Positions 16,102-25,175 are shown, counted from the first letter of the stretch. The stretch: DNA of 59,299 bases from Candidatus Woesebacteria bacterium GW2011_GWB1_33_38 (GCA_000990005.1 LBPF01000004.1:1-59299); one strand, 5' to 3'. Numbers and translations are program-made. The notes: generated by a model not told the origin, from the letters alone.

Positions 16102-16901
16102 CTTTTTTCTGAGATGGTTAATTCTAATTCAGTTATAAAACTGTTTAATTTAAGTAAATTTTCTTGTGCTGGGGACAACTTTTCAACTACTTTATCATAC
16201 GATTTTTTAATTTGGTAATTATCAGAGTTAAATATTTTTTGTATCTCTTCTCTTGTTAGGCCCTCTGTGTTATTAATTTTTGTTAACTCTGCATCAATAT
16301 CTTTAAACCATCTGTCAAACAAGGAAGAATCAGCTCGACCCAACTTAACCAACTCATTAGCTTCAGATTTTAATTTGTCATATATTTTAATATGACTATT
16401 TTTAAGTTCTATTATCGAGGAGAGGCTAATATTTCCAAGAGAGAAATAAATAATAGGTAATGTGTCAGTTTGATATTTTGTATCTTCTTCACTTGATTTA
16501 CTAATTAAATCTTCCAATGAGTCTGTTGATTTAACATTATCTTTCCTTTTTTCATACCAAACAACCTCTGGATCAATTTTTGTGTAAATTGCTCCCTTCT
16601 CGTCGTTAGTTATTCCTGATTGTTCTGATGTTCTGGTTCGAATAACTGTCAAATAAGTTCTTTTGTAATCATTCCTCTTGGATAAGAAATCATAAAGTGC
16701 AATCCTAGTATCCTCTTTTAAGGATAAAGTGGGGTTTTTAAGATACGAATCCTTTTTAAGGTTAAATGTAGTTAAACTGTTTCTATAATTATCTTGAGAG
16801 AAAATATAATCATTAAACGCTTTTTTGGAAGTTAAATCTTGTGCATAAATCGGAAAAATAATTGTCAAAAATAAAATTACGATAACAAACACCTTTTTCA
16901 T
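16098..16901 (-). CDS. secreted hypothetical protein
   Basis: N-terminal signal-like MKKVFVIVILFLTIIFPIYA. Confidence 0.45.
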   Translation of the reverse strand: MKKVFVIVILFLTIIFPIYAQDLTSKKAFNDYIFSQDNYRNSLTTFNLKKDSYLKNPTLSLKEDTRIALYDFLSKRNDYKRTYLTVIRTRTSEQSGITNDEKGAIYTKIDPEVVWYEKRKDNVKSTDSLEDLISKSSEEDTKYQTDTLPIIYFSLGNISLSSIIELKNSHIKIYDKLKSEANELVKLGRADSSLFDRWFKDIDAELTKINNTEGLTREEIQKIFNSDNYQIKKSYDKVVEKLSPAQENLLKLNSFITELELTISEKR

Positions 16902-16921
16902 ATTAATATATAATATCAGAT

Positions 16922-17473
16922 ATGTCGGATTTTGTATCTAGGGCTGGAGAGAAATTGCAGTTTGCACTACAGACTTTTAAAATTGATATTAAGGATTTGG
17001 TTGTTGCTGACTTTGGCTCATCAACTGGAGGATTTGTTGACTGCCTTCTCCAAAACGAGGCTAAAAAAATATACTCAATTGACACTTCATACGGGGAATT
17101 GGCTTGGAAATTAAGAAATGACCCTAGAGTTGCAGTTATGGAGAGGACAAATGTTATGCACGTAAGGTTGCCTGAAAAAATGGATCTAATCACAATTGAT
17201 ACATCTTGGACGAGGCAGATTTTAACAATTCCTAATGCCTTAAGTAATTTAAAAGAAAACGGAATAATAATTTCACTTATAAAACCTCATTATGAAGCTC
17301 CAAAAGAATATCTGACAAGAGGGAGGTTGGGCGATGAACATGTAGATGAAGTTTTGGAAAAAGTCAAAAATGATATTACAGCCATTGGGGGAAAAGTTGT
17401 TAACTTGGTTGAATCTCCGATTGTGGGGGAGAAAGGCAAGAACAGAGAGTTTTTAGTTTATGTTCTTAATTAA
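16922..17473 (+). CDS. tlyA: TlyA-like FtsJ-type rRNA 2'-O-methyltransferase (no S4 domain)
   Basis: VADFGSSTGGFVDCLLQNEAKKIYSIDTSYGELAWKLRNDPRV. Confidence 0.65.
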   Translation: MSDFVSRAGEKLQFALQTFKIDIKDLVVADFGSSTGGFVDCLLQNEAKKIYSIDTSYGELAWKLRNDPRVAVMERTNVMHVRLPEKMDLITIDTSWTRQILTIPNALSNLKENGIIISLIKPHYEAPKEYLTRGRLGDEHVDEVLEKVKNDITAIGGKVVNLVESPIVGEKGKNREFLVYVLN

Positions 17474-17936
17474 AAAAGACTTTTGGCAAATCAAAAAAAC
17501 AAAAAGCAAAGGTAGGGGAATTTTTGCAAAGAAAAAGATAAAGGGAAAAACGATAATTGGAGAGTATACAGGTACAAAAGTTAAAATTGAAAAATATGAT
17601 TTAGAACAGGACAAAGCAGGACTTTACTTGATGTTTTTAAACGACAAATACGCAATTTATCCAGATTTAACCAAAATCGATATTCATTTAATCAATCATT
17701 CGTGTGAACCAAATTGTTGGATTTTAAATGTTAGTGGTAAGGTTTTCTTTTTTACACTTCGTGATATCAAAATTGGCGAGGAACTGACCATTTCTTATTT
17801 ATTACCACCAAAAGATAAAACCTGTAATCCTTGCCCGCATAATTGTTACTGCGGTAGTCAAAAATGTACAGGCACAATGCATCAAACTTTAAGGCAATTT
17901 AAAAGATGGCAAGCATTTCAAGAGAAACTGTGTTAA
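17460..17936 (+). CDS. SET-domain protein (putative lysine methyltransferase)
   Basis: KGRGIFA..GEYTG..INHSCEPNC..GEELTISY plus a Cys-rich post-SET-like CNPCPHNCYCGSQKC. Confidence 0.7.
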   Translation: MFLIKKDFWQIKKTKSKGRGIFAKKKIKGKTIIGEYTGTKVKIEKYDLEQDKAGLYLMFLNDKYAIYPDLTKIDIHLINHSCEPNCWILNVSGKVFFFTLRDIKIGEELTISYLLPPKDKTCNPCPHNCYCGSQKCTGTMHQTLRQFKRWQAFQEKLC

Positions 17937-17945
17937 GATGCATCT

Positions 17946-18389
17946 ATGGCATATTTTAATAGGGACTCAAACAACAGAGCGGGTAGAGATAACAGGGGTG
18001 GGGGCAGGGGTTTCGGTGGAGGAAGATCTTTTAGTGGGGGAAGAGATGATAGACCAAGAGAGATGTTTAAAACAGTATGTTCTAACTGTGGCAAAGATTG
18101 TGAGGTTCCATTTAGGCCAACTTCAGGAAAGCCAGTATATTGCTCTGATTGTTTTGAAAAAGTAGGAGGTAGAAATTCTATTGGAGATAGATCTGAAAGA
18201 AGCGATAGACCATCCTTTGACAGACCTCAAGCTCCAAGAAGTGACAATAACAAAGCACAACTTGATGCTATTTCCCAAAAGTTAGACAAAGTCATTGAAC
18301 TTTTGACACCTAAAGTAAAAGAAGTTAAACCTGAAAAGCTTGCTAAAGCCCCAAAAGTAAAAAAAGCTAAAGAAGTTGTTGAAAAGTAA
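17946..18389 (+). CDS. RGG-rich CxxC-x17-CxxC zinc-ribbon protein
   Basis: RGGGRGFGGGRSFSGGR followed by CSNCGKDCEVPFRPTSGKPVYCSDC. Confidence 0.6.
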   Translation: MAYFNRDSNNRAGRDNRGGGRGFGGGRSFSGGRDDRPREMFKTVCSNCGKDCEVPFRPTSGKPVYCSDCFEKVGGRNSIGDRSERSDRPSFDRPQAPRSDNNKAQLDAISQKLDKVIELLTPKVKEVKPEKLAKAPKVKKAKEVVEK

Positions 18390-18519
18390 CCTAAAACAAG
18401 ATTTAAGTGAGAAGTTAAAAATAGTGTTGTCTGTTTACTTCAAAACTCAATTTATGTTATTTTTTTCTTTTTTGATATTAAAAACAGTTTGGGAACACAA
18501 CAAAAGTCTTTATAATTTC

Positions 18520-19185
18520 TCATTCATTCCTTCCTTTAAAGTAATTTGAACAAATTTCCGGGGCATTGGCTTTCATCTCAGGCCAATCAGTATTGCTCCA
18601 AATTTTTTCTAACAGGATTCGAGCTGATTGCGAAAAGTAATTCATTGGACACAGACGATCCTTTACTTTCTCTGGAATAATGTAATCAGAATATCCAAAT
18701 TGCCAATGAATCATGCGATATTTTGGGAAATCTACTATATCTTTAGGATGATTTGGAATTCCTACCCAATCACCAACTTTTAATTTGGAGCCTGATTTGA
18801 GTTCTGGGTTTACACTTTCCATTTCTGTATAGTCAACACCCCATTTTCCATTTCTCGTTGCCAAATCATATCTACCATTTTTGTCTGGAAAAATTCCAAC
18901 TACCACTGAGTCCATTGATGCGTAAATTTTAACACCATCTCCATCGTGCCATTGAAAATCAATCCCGGGATGGCCACCTTGTTTAGCGTTGTGGTTTATC
19001 GTTTCCCCCATAGGCATAATTTGGTTTGGAATTTTTCCATTTGTATCTATTGGCAACTCAAGTATTGGCTTTCCGTTTTCAGGCAGATTTGTATAAACAT
19101 TTTTATTGTTATAAAAGTGGAGGATAGCTACTACTGAAACAAGAATTACTAATATTAACAAAACCCATTTCAGATGTTTCAACAT
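18520..19185 (-). CDS. membrane-anchored M23/LytM-like peptidase (tentative)
   Basis: N-terminal TM helix and an HPGIDF (HxxxD-like) motif. The second His motif is unclear. Confidence 0.4.
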   Translation of the reverse strand: MLKHLKWVLLILVILVSVVAILHFYNNKNVYTNLPENGKPILELPIDTNGKIPNQIMPMGETINHNAKQGGHPGIDFQWHDGDGVKIYASMDSVVVGIFPDKNGRYDLATRNGKWGVDYTEMESVNPELKSGSKLKVGDWVGIPNHPKDIVDFPKYRMIHWQFGYSDYIIPEKVKDRLCPMNYFSQSARILLEKIWSNTDWPEMKANAPEICSNYFKGRNE

Positions 19186-19224
19186 AATTTAAGTATATAA
19201 TGGTTTTGACTGTGCCAATAACAA

Positions 19225-19626
19225 TTATTGTAAATTCTCAACAATTAATTTAATTTTGTCTCTCATTGTTCTGACAACATCAATTGTTTTCTTAATATCT
19301 GGAGGATCTTCGACTAAGGCGTATAAGACATTTTCTCTCATAATAATTGCCTCGGGGCATATCTTTTTGTTACAAAGTACAACTATTTTTTCTGCCACAT
19401 CTATCATTTCTGTAGTCAACTGATTAATCTTTTGGTCACCAATATTAATGCCAACCTCTTGCATTACTTGAATTACATCAGGGCGTGGGTGACCGTTATA
19501 TTTTTGAGAAGAATCAACTAAACCTGCACTTATTGAAGCTTTACTTCCACTTTTCTTGTTATAGAATCCCTCAGCCATTTGGCTACGACCAACATTCTCA
19601 TTGCAGATAAATAAATATTTATACAT
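19225..19626 (-). CDS. low-molecular-weight phosphatase / ArsC-type reductase family
   Basis: P-loop FICNENVGRSQMAEGF (CX5R-S). Confidence 0.7.
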   Translation of the reverse strand: MYKYLFICNENVGRSQMAEGFYNKKSGSKASISAGLVDSSQKYNGHPRPDVIQVMQEVGINIGDQKINQLTTEMIDVAEKIVVLCNKKICPEAIIMRENVLYALVEDPPDIKKTIDVVRTMRDKIKLIVENLQ

Positions 19627-19746
19627 AAGCAGATTTTATCAAATTTTTACCTTGATGTTATTTATGATAGACACAATATAAACTTGACATTCGTCGTGGT
19701 AAAAATGATGTTTGACAATAGTTGTATTACTTGTTATGATACTTGT

Positions 19747-20115
19747 ATGAAACAATATAAATTCGTGAAGTTTGATGGAATTTATTCTAGAGGTGATGCC
19801 AAGATCGGATTAAACAAATCTGGCTTAATAAGACTTTCGTCTGGTTTTTGTAGGATAAATAACATTCTACTTTTTAAATATGTAGTGCTTTATTATGATG
19901 ATCTAAATAAGGCAATTGCGTTCAAGTTTACGAACCAAAGAGAGGATGGTGTGTTAGCAGTAACAAAAGATACCACTGGAGCAACTGTTTCAGTAAAATC
20001 CTTCATGAATGCAAATAGATTGGAACTTCGAAGTTACTTTGGGAGATATGACTGGAAAAAACAAACAATAAACGGTGTTGGAGAAGTTTTTATAATAGAA
20101 TTGGGTAGAAAATGA
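19747..20115 (+). CDS. hypothetical protein (leaderless start)
   Basis: TTGACA(19712)-N17-TATGAT-6 nt-ATG(19747). ORF begins MKQYKFVKFDG. Confidence 0.45.
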   Translation: MKQYKFVKFDGIYSRGDAKIGLNKSGLIRLSSGFCRINNILLFKYVVLYYDDLNKAIAFKFTNQREDGVLAVTKDTTGATVSVKSFMNANRLELRSYFGRYDWKKQTINGVGEVFIIELGRK

Positions 20116-20368
20116 AAAGGTTTTTAGACAATTTGTTAAAGTTTCAAATTAAAGCTAGATTTAGTAATTTTTTTCGAGCTCATGTGTCCAATTCTAATAA
20201 CAAGGTAGAAAACTACTTTAATGGTCCAATATATTTTATTAATAATCAGGCAAAAAGATTAGTAGCTAAAAATTAATTGTTATTCACATTCCAAATTTAT
20301 ATATTACTGTAGAATATTGGCTTCATTGTTGGTATAATTAACCGTTCTTTAAAGATTGAATTTCTAAC

Positions 20369-20628
20369 TCCTCGGTAGCTCAACGGCAGAGCAGATTCCT
20401 GTCAAATGGCAGCACTTGATAGTAATATCAGGAGGCAAATCAGGCTAATTCGGGGAACGCCTAATTAGTTTTAGGTCAATCCCGAGCTAAGTCCCCGATT
20501 TAATTGGGGTAAATGTGTAGAGACTATATACCTGACACCAGTTTCTGGTGATGAGATAGTCCAGTCCTTTTGGTAACAAGAGGGGTTCTGTAAGAATAAG
20601 GTTGCACGTTCGAATCGTGCCCGAGGAG
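20369..20628 (+). tRNA. tRNA-Asn(GUU) interrupted by a group I intron
   Basis: The exons join to TCCTCGGTAGCTCAACGGCAGAGCAGATTCCTGT|TAAGAATAAGGTTGCACGTTCGAATCGTGCCCGAGGAG. U1-A72, G73 and the CUGUUAA loop match E. coli tRNA-Asn. Confidence 0.8.
20403..20590 (+). ncRNA. group I intron (IC3-like, ORF-less, 188 nt)
   Basis: P1 pairs CTGT with GCAG, giving U.G at the 5' splice site. The terminal G sits before the 3' exon. P7 is TCAGG/CCTGA. The core GTGTAGAGACTA is identical to the Azoarcus tRNA-Ile intron segment as I recall it. Confidence 0.75.
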
Positions 20629-20636
20629 CAAGGAAT

Positions 20637-21311
20637 TTAATTAAGTACACCAGCCATTAATCCTAATATCTCTCGCTGTGTTTTAGTTGACAAATAAAGT
20701 AATGTGAAAACGCCAAATTTATGTACTTGTTTTCTGATTTTTTTACTCCCAATTTTATTTTTTGCAATATAGCTCTTGTAAATTCTTTTTTCTGGTATCT
20801 TTGTTAAAACAGACCAATATTTTCTTGCCTTCTTTTCATCTAAATTATCATGAATCCAGATTTGACCAGCCATTTTATTAGGAGATATATCATAAAATTC
20901 TATTAGCCAATTAGTCATGAATTTGATTGTATTTGGATCAGAATTAGCAAAGCCAAACCGCTGATCATTTTTCCCACCATCTCCAATATAAAGTCCAATA
21001 CCTGCCATAAATCTATCCCTTTTTGTCAATCGTCCTATTTTTGATTTACCACTTTCAAATAACCGTTTTGTTCTTTCGATACGTTCTTTTTGTTGTTTTT
21101 TTGCTCCAATCATTCTACCTTTTGTTGCCCCGTTCAATTTGTTTTGAACAAGCCTATTGATTTGCTCAGGGGATAAAATAACATCTCTACACCACCTGCT
21201 TAAAGTATCCTTTGAAACCTTAACTCTTTTTTGTATTTCTCCGTAGGACAAGCCGTTAGATCTTAGTTTTTGAGCCAGCTTCTTCTCCTCTAATTTTCCG
21301 TAATAACCCAT
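20637..21311 (-). CDS. HTH + LAGLIDADG-like protein (free-standing homing-endonuclease-like)
   Basis: N-terminal resolvase-type HTH (LSYGEIQKRVKVSKDTLSRWCRDV). Single FMAGIGLYIGDGGK motif. Its stop codon begins 9 nt after the tRNA-Asn 3' end. Confidence 0.5.
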   Translation of the reverse strand: MGYYGKLEEKKLAQKLRSNGLSYGEIQKRVKVSKDTLSRWCRDVILSPEQINRLVQNKLNGATKGRMIGAKKQQKERIERTKRLFESGKSKIGRLTKRDRFMAGIGLYIGDGGKNDQRFGFANSDPNTIKFMTNWLIEFYDISPNKMAGQIWIHDNLDEKKARKYWSVLTKIPEKRIYKSYIAKNKIGSKKIRKQVHKFGVFTLLYLSTKTQREILGLMAGVLN

Positions 21312-21391
21312 ATATAAATATTAATATACCGGATAAGCAAAGTCAATAAGTATAGTAATATACTAAGTAACATGTATGTTATAATTTATTT

Positions 21392-21718
21392 ATGAAAACT
21401 AAAAAACTAAAATTGGAAAAAATAATCAAAAGAAATACAGTTTCTAGTGGAAGTGTATTTCGTGATTTTACTGCAAAGCAAAAAAAAATTGTTGATGCCG
21501 AGATTAAGTATTATGATGTTTTAGTAGGGTTAAAAAATCAAAGAAAGAGAATGGGTTTTTCGCAAAAACAATTAGCTGAAAGGGCCAGTTTGCCTAGAAC
21601 AACCATTACTAAGATTGAATCTGGAAGTTATAATCCTACAATTAACACTTTAATCTCTATCGCATACGCACTTAATAAGAAATTAGAACTAAAATTTGCC
21701 GAATTTGTATTCGGCTAG
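21392..21718 (+). CDS. XRE-family HTH transcriptional regulator
   Basis: MGFSQKQLAERASLPRTTITKIESG. Confidence 0.7.
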   Translation: MKTKKLKLEKIIKRNTVSSGSVFRDFTAKQKKIVDAEIKYYDVLVGLKNQRKRMGFSQKQLAERASLPRTTITKIESGSYNPTINTLISIAYALNKKLELKFAEFVFG

Positions 21719-21752
21719 TGCCTAAAAACTCCAAATAAGATATAATATTAAT

Positions 21753-22064
21753 ATGGATGGTAGAAGTCTTCGTCAGTTGCAAGAATTAATGGTAATTCAA
21801 TTAAAGAAGCGAGGATATTATCCAAAAGACGACAAAGAAGTTCTACTTCGCTTAGGAGAGGAAGTTGGAGAAGTTTTTGAAGCAGTTAGAGAAAATCAAA
21901 GTGAGGAAGATCTAAGCCATGAGATTGTAGATGTTTTTTGGAATTTACTTCGATTGTGCGAATTAAAAAATATAGATTTAGAAAAGGCATTTATAGAAAA
22001 ACTAGAGATAAACGAGTCAAGGCCCCTTGAAAAAGAAGTAACAGACATTTCTCAGAATTCGTAA
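21753..22064 (+). CDS. MazG-like nucleotide pyrophosphohydrolase
   Basis: LGEEVGEVFEAV...EIVDVFWNLLRLCE. Confidence 0.65.
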   Translation: MDGRSLRQLQELMVIQLKKRGYYPKDDKEVLLRLGEEVGEVFEAVRENQSEEDLSHEIVDVFWNLLRLCELKNIDLEKAFIEKLEINESRPLEKEVTDISQNS

Positions 22065-22090
22065 AGTGAAGAATATATTCAAATTAATTG

Positions 22091-22651
22091 CTAATACTTG
22101 GCAAAAAGATATATCTTTTTGTATACCGCACTAACAAAGTATCTACTTTTTATTAAGAGATTATTAAAACAGATTTCATAAATTAAAAACCCAAGGGGAA
22201 CAAAGAATATTGTACTTACTAATTGATACTTTAAAAAAGGTATACCGTTAACGTAGGAAGAAAGAAGCCCGTTTAGTGTTTTAGGATACATTCCCCATGA
22301 ATCAAGAGCCCAAACTCCAAAATTAGTCCAGATGAAGAAAAAGAGGTTTGATGAAATACCAACAAAGGTTCCTGAGAAAATATTATTAATCTTTAAATTT
22401 TTAAAGCGTTTTATAAATAAAACAGGGATTAAAAAACCAGACCAAGTAAATATAAAGATATTAGTATTGCCAATTAATAAATCAGAAATAATCAGAAGAA
22501 GTGAAGTAAAGAGTAGGGAGTATTTAGGATTTAGATAAAAAGCGCTTAAAACCATGGCTAAAGTTACAAGTTCAAAGTTTGGACCTAAATCAAAAGCAGT
22601 TCTCTCTAAAAAAGCCAGAAAGAATATGAAATAAACGAAGTAGTTTTTCAT
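22091..22651 (-). CDS. polytopic membrane protein (ECF S-component-like)
   Basis: Five to six TM helices. Translationally coupled to the DUF4430-like gene. Confidence 0.4.
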   Translation of the reverse strand: MKNYFVYFIFFLAFLERTAFDLGPNFELVTLAMVLSAFYLNPKYSLLFTSLLLIISDLLIGNTNIFIFTWSGFLIPVLFIKRFKNLKINNIFSGTFVGISSNLFFFIWTNFGVWALDSWGMYPKTLNGLLSSYVNGIPFLKYQLVSTIFFVPLGFLIYEICFNNLLIKSRYFVSAVYKKIYLFAKY

Positions 22652-23064
22652 TAGTATTTTGGAGTTTCATATTTCCACAACACAGTATCGCTTTCCTTTA
22701 ATGAGTAAAGATCAGCTGCTTTGTCTCCAGAAACACCGTTTACATAATAAATCCAAGATTTTTTGGCTCCAGATTCAAGATCTCCTATTTTTTTAACAAA
22801 TACACCAAAGTCATATTGTTGTGTTTCTAGGTATATGCCTTGTTTTTCTGTTTCAGATTTTAATATTGAAAAGGCAGTAGCATTTTCTTTTGTATTAATT
22901 TCATATGAATTTGCGTTTCCATTCCCATAATCTAAAGTAAGCATAGTTTTGAACTGCTGAACCTGTGGTTTTGGTGTTTGGATGTTTTGCTTTGTGCTAA
23001 AGCCGTAGACTGTAGACAACAAGCCAATGGCAATTATTACAAATAGATACCAGTATTTTTTCAT
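22651..23064 (-). CDS. DUF4430-like secreted protein
   Basis: Signal peptide, then WIYYVNG..ADLYSLKESDTVLWKYE C-terminus. Confidence 0.5.
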   Translation of the reverse strand: MKKYWYLFVIIAIGLLSTVYGFSTKQNIQTPKPQVQQFKTMLTLDYGNGNANSYEINTKENATAFSILKSETEKQGIYLETQQYDFGVFVKKIGDLESGAKKSWIYYVNGVSGDKAADLYSLKESDTVLWKYETPKY

Positions 23065-23626
23065 GTCTTCCTATTTAAAATTATGTTACACTTTTTGTAA
23101 AGTGGGAATTAATGTTTTGATACATGATAAGGCCTTGCACGTACACTCAATAGTAGTCTCTGCTAACGATGGTATTACGACTACTTTTGCAGTTGTGGCA
23201 GGTTCTCTTGGAGCTTCGCTTTCTCCTAGCATTATTTTGATTCTAGGTTTTGCTAATTTATTTGCTGATGGCCTATCGATGGCTACTGGATCATATTTGG
23301 GTGTTAAATCTGAAATAGAATTTGAAGAAGACAATGGTCAAAATATAAAAGTTGGTACGGAACCTATCAAAAACGCAATTACAACATTTATTTCATTTAT
23401 TATTGCTGGTTTTGTGCCAATATTGCCTTATATATTCAAAATGAACAATAGTTTTATTATATCTATAATTCTTGTTTTTTTAGCTTTAAATGTAGTTGGA
23501 ATTATTAGAGCTAAATTGACAGGTAAAAAAATAATTAGAACAGCTATGGAAAATACCTTAATTGGAGGATCAGCAGCCTTTGTTGCTTATGGTGTTGGCT
23601 ATTTAGTTAGAAGGTATTTAATATAA
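23063..23626 (+). CDS. VIT1/CCC1-family iron/manganese transporter (start uncertain)
   Basis: SANDGITTTFAVVAG and ANLFADGLSMATGSYL motifs with C-terminal TM helices. Confidence 0.65.
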   Translation: MSSYLKLCYTFCKVGINVLIHDKALHVHSIVVSANDGITTTFAVVAGSLGASLSPSIILILGFANLFADGLSMATGSYLGVKSEIEFEEDNGQNIKVGTEPIKNAITTFISFIIAGFVPILPYIFKMNNSFIISIILVFLALNVVGIIRAKLTGKKIIRTAMENTLIGGSAAFVAYGVGYLVRRYLI

Positions 23627-23642
23627 AGGGGGTGGTATAAAA

Positions 23643-23816
23643 ATGACAAAACTTGAATCTAAAAAATATTCTAAAGTTTTGATGATGGGTTCGGTGTCCG
23701 CGATAGTTTTATCGGGGATTGGCTATTTGGGTTATGATTTTTGGTTGGCATCAACACAGTGGTTACTGGTCTCTGTTGTTTTAGCACTATTTGGAGTTTA
23801 TATGAAACTTTCTTAA
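23643..23816 (+). CDS. 57-aa two-TM membrane protein (not in ORF track)
   Basis: AAAGGGGGTGG Shine-Dalgarno sequence 5 nt upstream of ATG 23643. Sequence is hydrophobic. Confidence 0.45.
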   Translation: MTKLESKKYSKVLMMGSVSAIVLSGIGYLGYDFWLASTQWLLVSVVLALFGVYMKLS

Positions 23817-23909
23817 TAGATTTGAGGCTAGCGGTAAATGTGCGTTAAATTTGCGGTAATTTGAGCAGTATTGACAAATATGGGAGTGAGTAGTATTCTT
23901 CGCCTGTAT

Positions 23910-24374
23910 ATGAATTATAGTCGAAAAGACATCTTGGTTGGCCTTGTTATTGTGGTTGTTGTTGTTTTGGGTGTACTTTTATTTAAGAAACTAAAGACAC
24001 CTAAGGTTTTATCTACCCCTATTCCACAAGAGGTAAGCTTTAAGAATGACCTTGAAAATAGTTTTAAGTTTGATATTCCAGATAATGTCAAAACAGTGGA
24101 GTTAAAAGATGTTTCAGGTGGAAATGGTCGGGCAATTGCAACACAAACTGAGATTTTGGTAGATATTGAAGATCCTGCTGTAGGATATTTTTACCAAGGT
24201 TGGTTAGAGAATGGTGGTAGTTTGATTTCTTTAGGAAAGTTAAGAATTGCAAAAGGTGGTTGGCTTTTAGAATATGATGGAAGTAAATATCCAGAATACA
24301 AAAAGGTCATAGTATCACTTGAAAAGGTGTTTGATTCCAGTTTAGAGAAAAAAATTCTTGAGGGGTCTTTCTAA
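23910..24374 (+). CDS. membrane-anchored hypothetical protein
   Basis: MNYSRKDILVGLVIVVVVVLGVLLF anchor. Confidence 0.45.
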   Translation: MNYSRKDILVGLVIVVVVVLGVLLFKKLKTPKVLSTPIPQEVSFKNDLENSFKFDIPDNVKTVELKDVSGGNGRAIATQTEILVDIEDPAVGYFYQGWLENGGSLISLGKLRIAKGGWLLEYDGSKYPEYKKVIVSLEKVFDSSLEKKILEGSF

Positions 24375-24405
24375 ATTTTTCGATTTAAGCTAATATTAAT
24401 TAGAA

Positions 24406-24900
24406 ATGAGAAAGGTAATTTTGTTTTTTGTCCTTCTTGTAATTTTTGTATCTTTGGCCGTTTTTTTATTAAATGCTTTTGTACTTCAAAAGAATTATTT
24501 TGAAAATAAAAACGGGAACTCTCAAGCTGAAACTGGTCCAGAAACTATTGAAACACCATCATATTATAAAAATTACTTGAAAGAAGATTATGAAAAGGCT
24601 TTAAATAAAAAAAGGGTGTTGGTATTATATTTTAGCTCAAATTGGTGTCAGGAATGCCAAGATCAGGAAAAAATTAATAACCAAGTATTTGATGAATTGA
24701 TCAAAGAAGGTGTGGTAGGTTTAAAAATACATATTTTGGACTCAGAAACAACCACAGAAACAGATGCTGTGGCCAAGAAATTTGATATTACTAAAGAGCA
24801 ATCATTTGTCATATTAGACAAAAATGGAGTAGTATTCTTTAAACACACAGGACTTTTGGAAGAAGATCTGTTAAAACAAAAAATATTGGATGCGAGGTGA
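24406..24900 (+). CDS. membrane-anchored thioredoxin-like protein
   Basis: Signal anchor plus WCQEC (CxxC) in a Trx-like context. Confidence 0.6.
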   Translation: MRKVILFFVLLVIFVSLAVFLLNAFVLQKNYFENKNGNSQAETGPETIETPSYYKNYLKEDYEKALNKKRVLVLYFSSNWCQECQDQEKINNQVFDELIKEGVVGLKIHILDSETTTETDAVAKKFDITKEQSFVILDKNGVVFFKHTGLLEEDLLKQKILDAR

Positions 24901-24905
24901 TTTAT

Positions 24906-25157
24906 ATGAATTATACGATTTATTCAACAACATCATGTCCTTATTGTAAGATGCTTAAAGACTACTTAATGTCAAAAAATGTTTCATATACAGAAAAATT
25001 AGTGGATCAAGATGAGATGGCAAGAAATGAAATGATGGTAGAATCTGGGGGTTTTTTAGGAGTACCATTTAGCGTAATTATTAAAGATGATGGAACAAAA
25101 GAAACAGTAGTAGGATTTGATAAAGGCAGATTGGAGAAGCTAGTAGCTAGTAACTAG
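24906..25157 (+). CDS. glutaredoxin/NrdH-like redoxin
   Basis: YSTTSCPYCKMLKDYL with a GVPF motif. Confidence 0.7.
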   Translation: MNYTIYSTTSCPYCKMLKDYLMSKNVSYTEKLVDQDEMARNEMMVESGGFLGVPFSVIIKDDGTKETVVGFDKGRLEKLVASN

Positions 25158-25175
25158 AATCTAGATTCTAAGCGT

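Noticed and set aside
20113-20277. A 54-aa ORF (MKRFLDNLLKFQIKARF...) between 19747..20115 and tRNA-Asn.
   Set aside because: It has no motif, no Shine-Dalgarno sequence and no promoter spacing support. The region more likely serves as the tRNA promoter region (TGGTATAAT at about 20330).
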